Shown here: positions 23,975-33,141 of the stretch, piece by piece | Position numbering within the stretch: position 1 is the stretch's first letter | Layout of the letters: the number at the start of each line of letters is the position of its first letter | Sequence record: OZ418230.1 | Direction: 5' to 3' (one strand) | Origin: a phage | DNA: 42,499 nt | The notes under the pieces: generated by a model | Databases searched by the model: none | Seen by the model: only the letters and a program-made list of their open reading frames with translations | Told to the model about the DNA's origin: nothing | Position numbers and translations under genes: made by a program

Positions 23975-24274
23975 TCATCGCTCCTTAAAGACGCCGTTTA
24001 ACATGCCGATCGCCAGGCTTAAATGAGTCGGTGTGAATCCCATCAGCGTTACCGTTTCGCGGTGCTTCTTCAGTACGCTACGGCAAATGTCATCGACGTT
24101 TTTATCCGGAAACTGCTGTCTGGCTTTTTTGATTTCAGAGTTAGCTTGACGGGCAATGCTGCGAAGGGCGTTTTTCTGCTGAGGTGTCACTGAACAAGCC
24201 CCATGCCGGAAAGCATAAGCACACAGAATATGAAGCCCGCCGCCAGAAAAATGCATTCTGTTGTTGTCATGCAA
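23975..24274 (-). CDS. hypothetical protein
   Basis: 99-aa ORF, start uncertain (internal Met possible). Confidence 0.45.
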   Translation of the reverse strand: MHDNNRMHFSGGGLHILCAYAFRHGACSVTPQQKNALRSIARQANSEIKKARQQFPDKNVDDICRSVLKKHRETVTLMGFTPTHLSLAIGMLNGVFKER

Positions 24275-24458
24275 GCTCTCTCTCGTTTGCCTCTGCTTTC
24301 GCCGCCATCATTTCCAGCTTTTGTGAAAGGGATGCGGCTAACGTATGAAATTCTTCGTCTGTTTCTGCTGGTATTGGCACAAACCTGACTCCAATTTGAG
24401 CAAGGCTATGTGCCATCTCAATGCTCGTTCTTAACTCAACAGGAGATGCTTTGTGCAT
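24267..24458 (-). CDS. lambda Orf63-like small protein
   Basis: 63 aa ([23 protein letters not shown]…), matches my recollection of lambda orf63 and its position upstream of orf60a/exo. Confidence 0.6.
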   Translation of the reverse strand: MHKASPVELRTSIEMAHSLAQIGVRFVPIPAETDEEFHTLAASLSQKLEMMAAKAEANERELA

Positions 24459-24619
24459 ACAGCCCCTCGTTTATTATTTATCTCCTCAGCCAGCCGCTGG
24501 GCTTTCAGTGGATTTTGGATAACAGAAAGGCCGGGAAATACCCAGCCTCGCTTTGTAACGGAGTAGACGAAAGTGATCGCGCCTACCCGGATATTATCGT
24601 GAGGATGCGTCATCGCCAT
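24431..24619 (-). CDS. lambda Orf60a-like small protein
   Basis: 62-aa ORF overlapping the 3' end of exo as lambda orf60a does. Confidence 0.55.
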   Translation of the reverse strand: MAMTHPHDNIRVGAITFVYSVTKRGWVFPGLSVIQNPLKAQRLAEEINNKRGAVCTKHLLLS

Positions 24620-25290
24620 TGCTCCCCAAATACAAAACCAATTTCAGCCAGTGCCTCGTCCATTTTTTCGATGAACTCCGGCACCATCTCGTCAAAACTC
24701 GCCATGTACTTTTCATCCCGCTCAACCACGACATAATGCAGTCCTTCACGCTTCATACGCGGGTCATAGTTGGCAAAGTACCAGGCATCTTTTCGTGTCA
24801 CCCACATGCTGTACTGCACCTGGGCCATGTAAGCCGACTTTATGGCCTCGAAACCACCGAGCCGGAACTTCATGAAATCCCGGGAGGTAAACGGGCATTT
24901 CAGCTCAAGGCCATTGCCGTCACTGCATAAACCATCGGGAGAGCAGGCGGTGCGCATACTTTCGTCGCGATAGATGATCGGGGATTCAGTAACATTCACG
25001 CCGGAAGTGAATTCAAACAGAGTTCTGGCGTCGTTCTCGTACTGTTTTCCCCAGGCCAGCGCCTTAGCATTAACTTCCGGAGCCACACCGGTGCAAACCT
25101 CAGCCAGCAGGGTGTGGAAGTAGGACATTTTCATGTCAGGCCACTTCTTTCCTGAGCGGGGCTTTGCTATCACGTTGTGAACTTGTGAAGCGGTGATGAC
25201 GCCGAGCCGTAATTTGTGCCACGCATCATCTCCCTGCTCGATAGCTCTCACGTCGATCCCGGTACGCTGCAGGATAATGTCCGGTGTCAT
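24610..25290 (-). CDS. exo: lambda exonuclease (Red-alpha)
   Basis: 226 aa, near-identical to lambda Exo. Confidence 0.95.
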   Translation of the reverse strand: MTPDIILQRTGIDVRAIEQGDDAWHKLRLGVITASQVHNVIAKPRSGKKWPDMKMSYFHTLLAEVCTGVAPEVNAKALAWGKQYENDARTLFEFTSGVNVTESPIIYRDESMRTACSPDGLCSDGNGLELKCPFTSRDFMKFRLGGFEAIKSAYMAQVQYSMWVTRKDAWYFANYDPRMKREGLHYVVVERDEKYMASFDEMVPEFIEKMDEALAEIGFVFGEQWR

Positions 25291-26072
25291 GCTGCCACCT
25301 TCTGTTCAGTGGCTTTTTGTTTCAGGAATCCAAGAGCTTTCACTGCTTCGTCCTGTGTCAGTTCTGACGATGCACGAATGTCGCGGCGAAATATCTGGGA
25401 ACAGAGCGGCAATAAGTCGTCATCCCATGTTTTATCCAGGGCGATCAGCAGAGTGTTAATCTCCTGCATGGTTTCATCGTTAACCGGAGTGATGTCGCGT
25501 TCCGGCTGACGTTCTGCAGTGTATGCGGTATTTTCGACAATGCGCTCGGCTTCATCCTTGTCATAGATACCAGCAAATCCGAAGGCGAGACGGGCACACT
25601 GAATCATGGCTTTATGCCGTAACATCCGTTTGGGATGCGACTGCCACGGCCCCGTGATTTCTCTGCCTTCGCGAGTTTTGAATGGTTCGCGGCGGCATTC
25701 ATCCATCCATTCGGTAACGCAGATCGGATGATTACGGTCCTTGCGGTAAATCCGGCATGTACAGGATTCATTGTCCTGCTCAAAGTCCATGCCATCAAAC
25801 TGCTGGTTTTCATTGATGATGCGGGACCAGCCATCAACGCCCACCACCGGAACGATGCCGTTCTGCTTATCAGGGAAGGCGTAAATTTCTTTCGTCCACG
25901 GATTAAGGCCGTACTGGTTGGCGACGATCAACAATGCGATGAACTGCGCATCGCTGGCATCACCTTTAAATGCCGTCTGGCGAAGAGTGGTGATCAGTTC
26001 CTGTGGGTCGACAGAATCCATGCCGACACGTTCAGCCAGCTTCCCTGCCAGCGTTGCGAGTGCTGTACTCAT
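25287..26072 (-). CDS. bet: Red-beta single-strand annealing protein
   Basis: 261 aa, lambda Bet. Confidence 0.95.
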   Translation of the reverse strand: MSTALATLAGKLAERVGMDSVDPQELITTLRQTAFKGDASDAQFIALLIVANQYGLNPWTKEIYAFPDKQNGIVPVVGVDGWSRIINENQQFDGMDFEQDNESCTCRIYRKDRNHPICVTEWMDECRREPFKTREGREITGPWQSHPKRMLRHKAMIQCARLAFGFAGIYDKDEAERIVENTAYTAERQPERDITPVNDETMQEINTLLIALDKTWDDDLLPLCSQIFRRDIRASSELTQDEAVKALGFLKQKATEQKVAA

Positions 26073-26077
26073 CCGTT

Positions 26078-26494
26078 TTATACCTCTGAATCAATATCAA
26101 CCTGGTGGTGAGCAATGGTTTCAACCATGTACCGGATGTGTTCTGCCATGCGCTCCTGAAACTCAACATCGTCATCAAACGCACGGGTAATGGCTTTTTT
26201 GCTGGCCCCGTGGCGTTGCAAATGATCGATGCATAGCGATTCAAACAGGTGCTGGGGCAGGCCTTTTTCCATGTCGTCTGCCAGTTCTGCCTCTTTCTCT
26301 TCACGGGCGATCTGCTGGTAGTGACGCGCCCAGCTCTGAGCCTCAAGACGATCCTGAATGTAATAAGCGTTCATGGCTGAACTCCTGAAATAGCTGTGAA
26401 AATATCGCCCGCGAAATGCCGGGCTGATTAGGAAAACAGGAAAGGGGGTTAGTGAATGCTTTTGCTTGATCTCAGTTTCAGTATTAATATCCAT
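26078..26494 (-). CDS. gam: Gam, RecBCD inhibitor
   Basis: 138 aa, lambda Gam (long form). Confidence 0.95.
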   Translation of the reverse strand: MDINTETEIKQKHSLTPFPVFLISPAFRGRYFHSYFRSSAMNAYYIQDRLEAQSWARHYQQIAREEKEAELADDMEKGLPQHLFESLCIDHLQRHGASKKAITRAFDDDVEFQERMAEHIRYMVETIAHHQVDIDSEV

Positions 26495-26592
26495 TTTTTA
26501 TAAGCGTCGACGGCCTCACGAAACATCTTTTCATCGCCAATAAAAGTGGCGATAGTGAATTTAGTCTGGATAGCCATAAGTGTTTGATCCAT
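26449..26592 (-). CDS. kil: Kil (host cell-division inhibitor)
   Basis: 47-aa product [47 protein letters not shown] as lambda Kil; the track ORF 26449..26718 is an upstream extension. Confidence 0.8.
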   Translation of the reverse strand: MDQTLMAIQTKFTIATFIGDEKMFREAVDAYKKWILILKLRSSKSIH

Positions 26593-26725
26593 TTTTTGGG
26601 ACTCCTGGCTGATTAAGTATGTCGATAAGGCGTTTCCATCCGTCACGTAATTTACGGGTGATTCGTTCAAGTAAAGATTCGGAAGGGCAGCCAGCAACAG
26701 GCCACCCTGCAATGGCATATTGCAT
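26561..26725 (-). CDS. cIII: CIII (FtsH inhibitor stabilising CII)
   Basis: Manual translation gives the 54-aa [54 protein letters not shown], lambda CIII; below the track length cutoff. Confidence 0.8.
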   Translation of the reverse strand: MQYAIAGWPVAGCPSESLLERITRKLRDGWKRLIDILNQPGVPKNGSNTYGYPD

Positions 26726-26797
26726 GGTGTGCTCCTTATTTATACATAACGAAAAACGCCTCGAGTGAAGCGTTATTGGTATGCGGTAACGCCGCGC

Positions 26798-27166
26798 TCA
26801 GGCGGCTTTGATAGTCATATCATCTGAATCAAATATTCCTGATGTATCGATATCGGTAATTCTTATTCCTTCGCTACCATCCATTGGAGGCCATCCTTCC
26901 TGACCATTTCCATCATTCCAGTCGAACTCACACACAACACCATATGCATTTAAGTCGCTTGAAATTGCTATAAGCAGAGCATGTTGCGCCAGCATGATTA
27001 ATACAGCATTTAATACAGAGCCGTGTTTATTGAGTCGGTATTCAGAGTCTGACCAGAAATTATTAATCTGGTGAAGTTTTTCCTCTGTCATTACGTCATG
27101 GTCGATTTCAATTTCTATTGATGCTTTCCAGTCGTAATCAATGATGTATTTTTTGATGTTTGACAT
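26798..27166 (-). CDS. ea10: Ea10 protein
   Basis: 122 aa matching lambda Ea10. Confidence 0.9.
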   Translation of the reverse strand: MSNIKKYIIDYDWKASIEIEIDHDVMTEEKLHQINNFWSDSEYRLNKHGSVLNAVLIMLAQHALLIAISSDLNAYGVVCEFDWNDGNGQEGWPPMDGSEGIRITDIDTSGIFDSDDMTIKAA

Positions 27167-27426
27167 CTATTCATATCCTCACAGATAAAAAATCGCCCTC
27201 ACATTGGAGGGCAAAGAAGATTTCCAATAATCAGAACAAGTCGGCTCCTGTTTAGTTACGAGCGACATTGCTCAGTGTATTCACTCGTTGGAATGAATAC
27301 ACAGTGCAGTGTTTATTAGTATGCCTGTCTTTTAACCACATCAGGCTCGGTGGTTCTCGTGTACCCCTACAGCGAGAAATCGGATAAACTCTATTCACCC
27401 CTACAGAGAGCAAAAGAGAAACGCCG

Positions 27427-28008
27427 ATGAACAACTCATGGTGGCAGGAACTAATGCATTTTTTCCTGCAAGGAATGACACTTAAACAGTTGATTCATAT
27501 GCTAATCATCCTGATCATATTGATTATTGTTATGCCTGTAAGCGTAAAAGAATGGATAAACCTGCATAATCCAGAAATCCTTCCTCATTACTGGATGTAT
27601 TACATCCTGTTGTTTTGCGTTAGCTATGTGCTTAACGGCGTTGTTAATTCCGCTTATCACGCTGTGACTGTAAGAATTGAGATATTCGCTGCTCAGAAGC
27701 GCAAATCTAAAGAAGAGAAATACGTGCAAGATTTGTTTGATTCGTTAACTCTTGGAGAAAGAGCGTATTTGGCATTCGCTGTAGCCGCTAATAACCAGCT
27801 AAAGACAGAAAAGGGAAGCCCTGAAGCAATCTCATTGCTCGAAAAAGGGCTTCTTATTCGGGTACCTTCTGCTACTGGATATCCTGAAATCGACCGTTTT
27901 GTTATCCCGGAACGCTATAGAAATGAGTGCTACATTAGGTTTGCTGGGAAGAAAGACAGTCTTATGGATGAACTTATCGCTCAGGATAAGCATGGCAAAA
28001 ACAAGTAA
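27427..28008 (+). CDS. superinfection exclusion protein B-like membrane protein
   Basis: 193 aa, N-terminal TM helices, rightward within the leftward operon next to N; lambda sieB promoter-like sequence (cccctacagcgagaaatcggataaac) upstream; protein diverges from lambda SieB. Confidence 0.6.
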   Translation: MNNSWWQELMHFFLQGMTLKQLIHMLIILIILIIVMPVSVKEWINLHNPEILPHYWMYYILLFCVSYVLNGVVNSAYHAVTVRIEIFAAQKRKSKEEKYVQDLFDSLTLGERAYLAFAVAANNQLKTEKGSPEAISLLEKGLLIRVPSATGYPEIDRFVIPERYRNECYIRFAGKKDSLMDELIAQDKHGKNK

Positions 28009-28024
28009 TTAGCAAATGAATTTA

Positions 28025-28333
28025 TCATCTCGCCGTCAGTTGTTTTGATTTCCGGTAGCCTGCCGCGTAAATAGCTACGTTTGGCAGGCAAACACTTCCA
28101 CTGCATTCATCTACTTTCTTGCAGCGAAGGCTTCCGAGTGATATTGCTTTTTCAGAAAGGCTTAACCGCTTTCTCGGGTCTTCCTGAACAGGTTCCTCAC
28201 TGTCTGTGCCGAAGATCGAATCGATGATGTTGCAGATGGAATCACGCTCGATGGCCAGCTTTCTGCGCCGCTCATGACGGCGAGTTTTGGCATTTCCTGC
28301 AAATGTTGATTTTCCGTACACGATTACCGTCAT
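28025..28333 (-). CDS. N: N-like transcription antiterminator
   Basis: Arg-rich motif (AKTRRHERRRKLAIER) near the N-terminus if started at MTVIVYG (28333); first gene after nutL; alternative start 28417. Not lambda N. Confidence 0.6.
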   Translation of the reverse strand: MTVIVYGKSTFAGNAKTRRHERRRKLAIERDSICNIIDSIFGTDSEEPVQEDPRKRLSLSEKAISLGSLRCKKVDECSGSVCLPNVAIYAAGYRKSKQLTAR

Positions 28334-28450
28334 GATGTTTTCCTCATGTGAAATGGCTTTGGTGGTGATGCGCCAGATGCTGATCTTCTGGTTGCTGTCG
28401 TTACTGCTGCAATTCACATCACCCCAAACCCATCTCGTTTGGTATCTGTT

Positions 28451-28486
28451 CGCGCTTTGTCAGCGCATCATCGAAGTTAAAGAGCC
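28451..28486 (-). promoter_or_regulatory. nutL candidate (boxA-like ggctctttaa plus boxB hairpin gcgc-tgacaaa-gcgc on the minus strand)
   Basis: Same boxA/boxB arrangement and GACAA loop as the nutR candidate after cro. Confidence 0.5.
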
Positions 28487-28740
28487 TGCCAATCTGTTCC
28501 GTTTGGCTGCCAGCGTCCTGCTGATGGCGATTATAATGAACCAATAGTTCGATATTATCAAGAACTATAAGTACGAATTGTTTGTGGTTCATTAACTTAA
28601 TGAGATATGTTTTTGATATGTAAAGGAATTTATTTTTGTAAAGATTGAAGATTGGTCAGTAGGAGAGAAAGAATTGTTTGCTGGCGTGTTAGTTCGTGGG
28701 TTAGCACATGTGCGGATGTTAAATAAGGTAGACGATCGTG

Positions 28741-28770
28741 AGGAAAAGAAAAACCGGCGCTGAGGCCGGG
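28741..28770 (-). terminator. rho-independent terminator ending the cI-side (immunity) transcript
   Basis: On the minus strand, hairpin cccggc-ctcagc-gccggg followed by tttttcttttcc, 5 nt after the stop of the 28776..29675 gene. Confidence 0.6.
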
Positions 28771-28775
28771 TATAA

Positions 28776-29675
28776 TTATTTGATTATTTCTTTTATAAAG
28801 ACTTCTTTCGGTTGGTATTTTTTATCTGATGATTTGAGCTGGTACGTTATTGTTATATCAGCACGTACAGAAAATTTACCTGCAAAATCTGATGGGTTTA
28901 CGTTGGGGCCAAGAACCATATTTACTCTTCGATCTATTAATCCAGGGATAACAGCAGCCCAACCTTTCTCTGGATTGTCGAGGTCTAATGCACGGATTTC
29001 AACATCAACATCAAAATGATCCTGAGTATATGACTCTGGTGTGAAGACAACTTCAGTTGGGGCTTTTTTAATGGTTTCAGCGGGAATGGTCACTGTACCA
29101 CCCCCTGTACCTATGACCATCGTAGATCCTTCGTCTGCCCTAGCTGGGGCAAGCGTCTTAATGGAACTTTTGGCAAGAGTCTTCTTATTGGTTACCGTGC
29201 TTTCTATGATTGCTTGAAGACGGTCAGGTGAAATATTAGCCTCACCGGCACCAATATTGATGATTGTATTGTTATTTGCTTCAAAGTGGGAGGTGTTGCT
29301 TGGAGCCATAGCCTTAGTTGCTAGAACTAAGCCATATCCAACCAGACCAATAACAACAGCACCAACGAGAGCGTTTCTCATTTTCCCATTTCCGATCTTT
29401 GCATGAGCGCCAGCAAGAAACTTGTCCATTTCTTCTTGGCTACCAAAGAGGAGTTTAATAACAATATCTTCATAAAGGCTTCCTGCTTCTAATCGCGCAA
29501 CATGCACCGATATATCAAGGATATTAGCCCCTGTCAGTTCCTGCAAAACACCTTCTGATTGTTTTGCGATGGCCTCCCACCCTTGAAGGGAGGTAATCAC
29601 ATCTTTGATGCTTACAGGTTCTTTAGTTGAATAATATATGTTTTCGGTAAAGGTTAAAGATAATTCTTGGGACAT
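28776..29675 (-). CDS. uncharacterised membrane-anchored protein in the rexAB position
   Basis: 299-aa ORF downstream of cI on the same strand, gagg SD, one predicted TM helix (MRNALVGAVVIGLVGYGLVLATKA), low GC; no family recognised. Confidence 0.7.
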   Translation of the reverse strand: MSQELSLTFTENIYYSTKEPVSIKDVITSLQGWEAIAKQSEGVLQELTGANILDISVHVARLEAGSLYEDIVIKLLFGSQEEMDKFLAGAHAKIGNGKMRNALVGAVVIGLVGYGLVLATKAMAPSNTSHFEANNNTIINIGAGEANISPDRLQAIIESTVTNKKTLAKSSIKTLAPARADEGSTMVIGTGGGTVTIPAETIKKAPTEVVFTPESYTQDHFDVDVEIRALDLDNPEKGWAAVIPGLIDRRVNMVLGPNVNPSDFAGKFSVRADITITYQLKSSDKKYQPKEVFIKEIIK

Positions 29676-29804
29676 CCGAGCCCTCGCTGTTTCTTTCGAT
29701 TTGCTGTGTTAAGCTAATATTTTAATATCCATGTTTCTGTTTGCTTGCAGTGTGTTTCTCACCACCATCCAAACGTACTGGTTACTAGCTATGTGATGAT
29801 GAAG

Positions 29805-30512
29805 TCATGAACTTTTCAGCCATTCCCTGGCCTCGATGTCATCTAGGTGGCGAGATTGCTTCAGAATACCAGCTACATACTCCACCTTTGCTACTTGATG
29901 ATAAGGCAACGTTATTGGCCTGTGGTCTTGGTTGATGCTTGTAAATTGGTATTCTCCGTCTCTGTCATAGCCAAGAACCTTGATCATGTTGTGCCCTTCA
30001 ATGGTTCTGACAAACACCTCATCACCTGGGAATACTTTGGTGTTAGGCTCAATGAGTACATATTCTCCTGATTTTATTCTGGGCCACATGCTGTCTCCTT
30101 TTACACGAAGACCAAAGGCATCTGGATCATCGCTATAAATCTTGAGCCACCCATCGCGCTCTTCGGTCATCTCGATGGCACCATCAACACCAAGAATTGC
30201 CTCACCAACCACGCGCACTAACCCTTTTTTTAATTTGCCAACAATTGAAAAAGTATCTTCATCATTCGCTCCATTTAACGAAGTGCCGTGCTGAAGCCAA
30301 ACAACATCAACGTTTAGAAATTTCGCAAGCGCATTCATTTTTTCCTGGCGTGGTAAAGACTCAGCATTAAACCATTTGCTAACGCCTTTGGACGAAAGAG
30401 AAAGGGCACGGGCTATGGCCATTCCCCTACCATGTTCATCAAGACCAGCTTCTTTACAGGCTTGCGCTAGCCGCTGGGCGAATTCTTTGCGCACTTTTTC
30501 ATTCTGAACCAT
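29805..30512 (-). CDS. cI: CI-type prophage repressor (HTH + S24 LexA-like peptidase domain), non-lambda immunity
   Basis: 235 aa; N-terminal HTH and C-terminal GDSM serine motif; divergently oriented to cro; not lambda or 434 cI. Confidence 0.85.
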   Translation of the reverse strand: MVQNEKVRKEFAQRLAQACKEAGLDEHGRGMAIARALSLSSKGVSKWFNAESLPRQEKMNALAKFLNVDVVWLQHGTSLNGANDEDTFSIVGKLKKGLVRVVGEAILGVDGAIEMTEERDGWLKIYSDDPDAFGLRVKGDSMWPRIKSGEYVLIEPNTKVFPGDEVFVRTIEGHNMIKVLGYDRDGEYQFTSINQDHRPITLPYHQVAKVEYVAGILKQSRHLDDIEAREWLKSS

Positions 30513-30590
30513 GAGTACGATACTAAAGCACTTGCAAAAACTTTCAGTTCAACCATAATGCGTACTGAAAGTACGAAAAAGGACATTCCT
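30513..30590. promoter_or_regulatory. oR/pRM/pR divergent promoter-operator region
   Basis: 78-bp gap between divergent cI and cro; contains inverted ctttcag/ctgaaag and repeated gtacga elements. Confidence 0.6.
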
Positions 30591-30818
30591 ATGCAAAATC
30601 TTGATGAGCCGATTAAAGGTGTCGGCATCCCTGAAGTTGCGAAGGCTTGTGGAGTTAGCGAAAGGGCTGTCTATAAGTGGCTCAAAAACGGCTTCCTCCC
30701 TAAGACTGAGTTTTTTGGGAAAACGAAATACGCATCAAAAATCGAAGAGATTTCTGGTGGCAAATATCAAGCAAGCGAAATGCTTGAAATAAGCAAAAAG
30801 AACCTTCTGGCAGCATAA
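30591..30818 (+). CDS. cro: Cro-like HTH repressor
   Basis: 75 aa from MQNLDEPIKGVGIPEVAKACGVSERAVYKWL… (HTH), with aagga SD; the track start at 30558 would leave too little room for operators. Confidence 0.75.
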   Translation: MQNLDEPIKGVGIPEVAKACGVSERAVYKWLKNGFLPKTEFFGKTKYASKIEEISGGKYQASEMLEISKKNLLAA

Positions 30819-30825
30819 GTAACAC

Positions 30826-30860
30826 CGCTCTTTATCAATCTGCACCGCCGACAACGCGGT
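30826..30860 (+). promoter_or_regulatory. nutR candidate (boxA cgctcttta; boxB hairpin accgc-cgacaac-gcggt)
   Basis: boxA consensus immediately after cro stop, followed by a 5-bp stem / 7-nt loop hairpin. Confidence 0.55.
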
Positions 30861-30924
30861 AACTAATTAAGAACTCATCGAAAGATGCGTATTAGTGATT
30901 ATTTACCTATGGAAATAGTAAGAA

Positions 30925-31224
30925 ATGGAACAAACAAATTACAGCAAACTATCACAGCGCGACGTTGATCGCGCAGAAACAGATTTACTTATCAACCTGT
31001 CAACGCTTACTCAGCGCGGTCTGGCAAAGATGATTGGCTGTCATGAATCGAAGATAAGCAGAACAGACTGGAGGTTTATAGCTTCGGTCTTGTGTGCTTT
31101 TGGCATGGCATCAGACATCAGTCCGATTAGCAGAGCTTTTAAGTATGCGCTTGATGAAATCACCAATAAAAAACGCCCGGTGTGCAAGACCGAGCGTTCT
31201 GAACAAATCCAGATGGAGTTCTGA
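30925..31224 (+). CDS. cII: CII transcriptional activator
   Basis: 99 aa; C-terminus …TNKKRP…TERSEQIQMEF as lambda CII. Confidence 0.85.
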   Translation: MEQTNYSKLSQRDVDRAETDLLINLSTLTQRGLAKMIGCHESKISRTDWRFIASVLCAFGMASDISPISRAFKYALDEITNKKRPVCKTERSEQIQMEF

Positions 31225-31245
31225 GGTCATTACTGGATCTATCAA
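31167..31245 (-). ncRNA. oop: oop antisense RNA (approximate)
   Basis: cII-O intergenic region and cII 3' end match lambda; minus-strand hairpin + T6 inside cII 3' end corresponds to the oop terminator. Ends placed by analogy. Confidence 0.45.
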
Positions 31246-31256
31246 CAGGAGTCATT

Positions 31257-32156
31257 ATGACAAATACAGCAAAAATACTCAACTTCGGCAGAGGTAACTT
31301 TGCCGGACAGGAGCGTAATGTGGCAGATCTCGATGATGGTTACGCCAGACTATCAAATATGCTGCTTGAGGCTTATTCGGGCGCAGATCTGACCAAGCGA
31401 CAGTTTAAAGTGCTGCTTGCCATTCTGCGTAAAACCTATGGGTGGAATAAACCAATGGACAGAATCACCGATTCTCAACTTAGCGAGATTACAAAGTTAC
31501 CTGTCAAACGGTGCAATGAAGCCAAGTTAGAACTCGTCAGAATGAATATTATCAAGCAGCAAGGCGGCATGTTTGGACCAAACAAAAACATCTCAGAATG
31601 GTGCATCCCTCAAAACGAGGGAAAATCCCCTAAAACGAGGGATAAAACATCCCTCAAATTGGGGGATTGCTATCCCTCAAAACAGGGGGACACAAAAGAC
31701 ACTATTACAAAAGAAAAAAGAAAAGATTATTCGTCCGAGAATTCTGGCGAATCCTCTGACCAGCCAGAAAACGATCTTTCTGTGGTTAAACCGGATGCTG
31801 CAATTCAGAGCGGCAGTAAGTGGGGAACAGCAGAAGACCTGACCGCCGCAGAGTGGATGTTTGACATGGTGAAGACCATCGCGCCATCAGCCAGAAAACC
31901 GAATTTTGCTGGGTGGGCTAACGATATCCGCCTGATGCGTGAACGTGACGGACGTAACCACCGCGATATGTGTGTGCTTTTCCGCTGGGCCTGCCAGGAC
32001 AACTTCTGGTCCGGTAACGTGCTGAGTCCGGCCAAACTCCGCGACAAGTGGACCCAGCTCGAAATCAACCGTAACAAGCAACAGGCTGGCGTGACAGCCG
32101 GAAAACCAAAACTCGACCTGACAAACACTGACTGGATTTACGGGGTGGATCTATGA
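31257..32156 (+). CDS. O: replication initiator O
   Basis: 299 aa, near-identical to lambda O. Confidence 0.95.
   Translation: MTNTAKILNFGRGNFAGQERNVADLDDGYARLSNMLLEAYSGADLTKRQFKVLLAILRKTYGWNKPMDRITDSQLSEITKLPVKRCNEAKLELVRMNIIKQQGGMFGPNKNISEWCIPQNEGKSPKTRDKTSLKLGDCYPSKQGDTKDTITKEKRKDYSSENSGESSDQPENDLSVVKPDAAIQSGSKWGTAEDLTAAEWMFDMVKTIAPSARKPNFAGWANDIRLMRERDGRNHRDMCVLFRWACQDNFWSGNVLSPAKLRDKWTQLEINRNKQQAGVTAGKPKLDLTNTDWIYGVDL
31605..31730. other. origin of replication: four ~18-20 bp iterons plus adjacent AT-rich region inside O
   Basis: Repeats of the form atccctcaaaacgaggga (four copies, 31605..31690) followed by an A/T-rich tract. Confidence 0.85.
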
Positions 32157-32854
32157 AAAACATCGCCGCACAGATGGTTAACTTTGACCGTGAGCAGATG
32201 CGTCGGATCGCCAACAACATGCCGGAACAGTACGACGAAAAGCCACAGGTACAGCAGGTAGCGCAGATCATCAACGGTGTGTTCAGCCAGTTACTGGCAA
32301 CTTTCCCGGCGAGCCTGGCTAACCGTGACCAGAACGAACTGAACGAAATCCGCCGCCAGTGGGTTCTGGCTTTCCGGGAAAACGGGATCACCACAATGGA
32401 ACAGGTTAACGCAGGAATGCGCGTAGCCCGTCGGCAGAATCGACCATTTCTGCCATCACCCGGGCAGTTTGTTGCATGGTGCCGGGAAGAAGCATCCGTT
32501 ATCGCCGGACTGCCAAACGTCAGCGAGCTGGTTGATATGGTTTACGAGTATTGCCGGAAGCGAGGCCTGTATCCGGATGCGGAGTCTTATCCGTGGAAAT
32601 CAAATGCGCACTACTGGCTGGTTACCAACCTGTATCAGAACATGCGGGCCAATGCGCTTACTGATGCGGAATTACGCCGTAAGGCCGCAGATGAGCTTGT
32701 CCATATGACTGCGAGAATTAACCGTGGTGAGGCGATCCCTGAACCAGTAAAACAACTTCCTGTCATGGGCGGTAGACCTCTAAATCGTGCACAGGCTCTG
32801 GCGAAGATCGCAGAAATCAAAGCGAAGTTCGGACTGAAAGGAGCAACTGTATGA
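32153..32854 (+). CDS. P: replication protein P (DnaB helicase loader)
   Basis: 233 aa, lambda P. Confidence 0.95.
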   Translation: MKNIAAQMVNFDREQMRRIANNMPEQYDEKPQVQQVAQIINGVFSQLLATFPASLANRDQNELNEIRRQWVLAFRENGITTMEQVNAGMRVARRQNRPFLPSPGQFVAWCREEASVIAGLPNVSELVDMVYEYCRKRGLYPDAESYPWKSNAHYWLVTNLYQNMRANALTDAELRRKAADELVHMTARINRGEAIPEPVKQLPVMGGRPLNRAQALAKIAEIKAKFGLKGATV

Positions 32855-33141
32855 CGGGCAAAGAGGCAATTATTCATTACCTGGGGACGCATAATAGCTT
32901 CTGTGCGCCGGACGTTGCCGCGCTAACAGGCGCAACAGTAACCAGCATAAATCAGGCCGCGGCTAAAATGGCACGGGCAGGTCTTCTGGTTATCGAAGGT
33001 AAGGTCTGGCGAACGGTGTATTACCGGTTTGCTACCAGGGAAGAACGGGAAGGAAAGATGAGCACGAACCTGATTTTCAAGGAGTGTCGCCAGAGTGCCG
33101 CGATGAAACGGGTATTGGCGGTATATGGAGTTAAAAGATGA
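32851..33141 (+). CDS. ren: Ren
   Basis: 96 aa, matches lambda Ren. Confidence 0.9.
   Translation: MTGKEAIIHYLGTHNSFCAPDVAALTGATVTSINQAAAKMARAGLLVIEGKVWRTVYYRFATREEREGKMSTNLIFKECRQSAAMKRVLAVYGVKR

Noticed and set aside
25635-26111. 158-aa plus-strand ORF opposite bet
   Set aside because: Antisense to the conserved bet gene.
27252-27434. 60-aa minus-strand ORF where lambda has ral
   Set aside because: Product unlike Ral, overlaps the sieB promoter and start; likely non-coding.
28287-28547. 86-aa plus-strand ORF over the N start and nutL
   Set aside because: Overlaps the N 5' region and nutL candidate on the opposite strand; no ribosome-binding site support.
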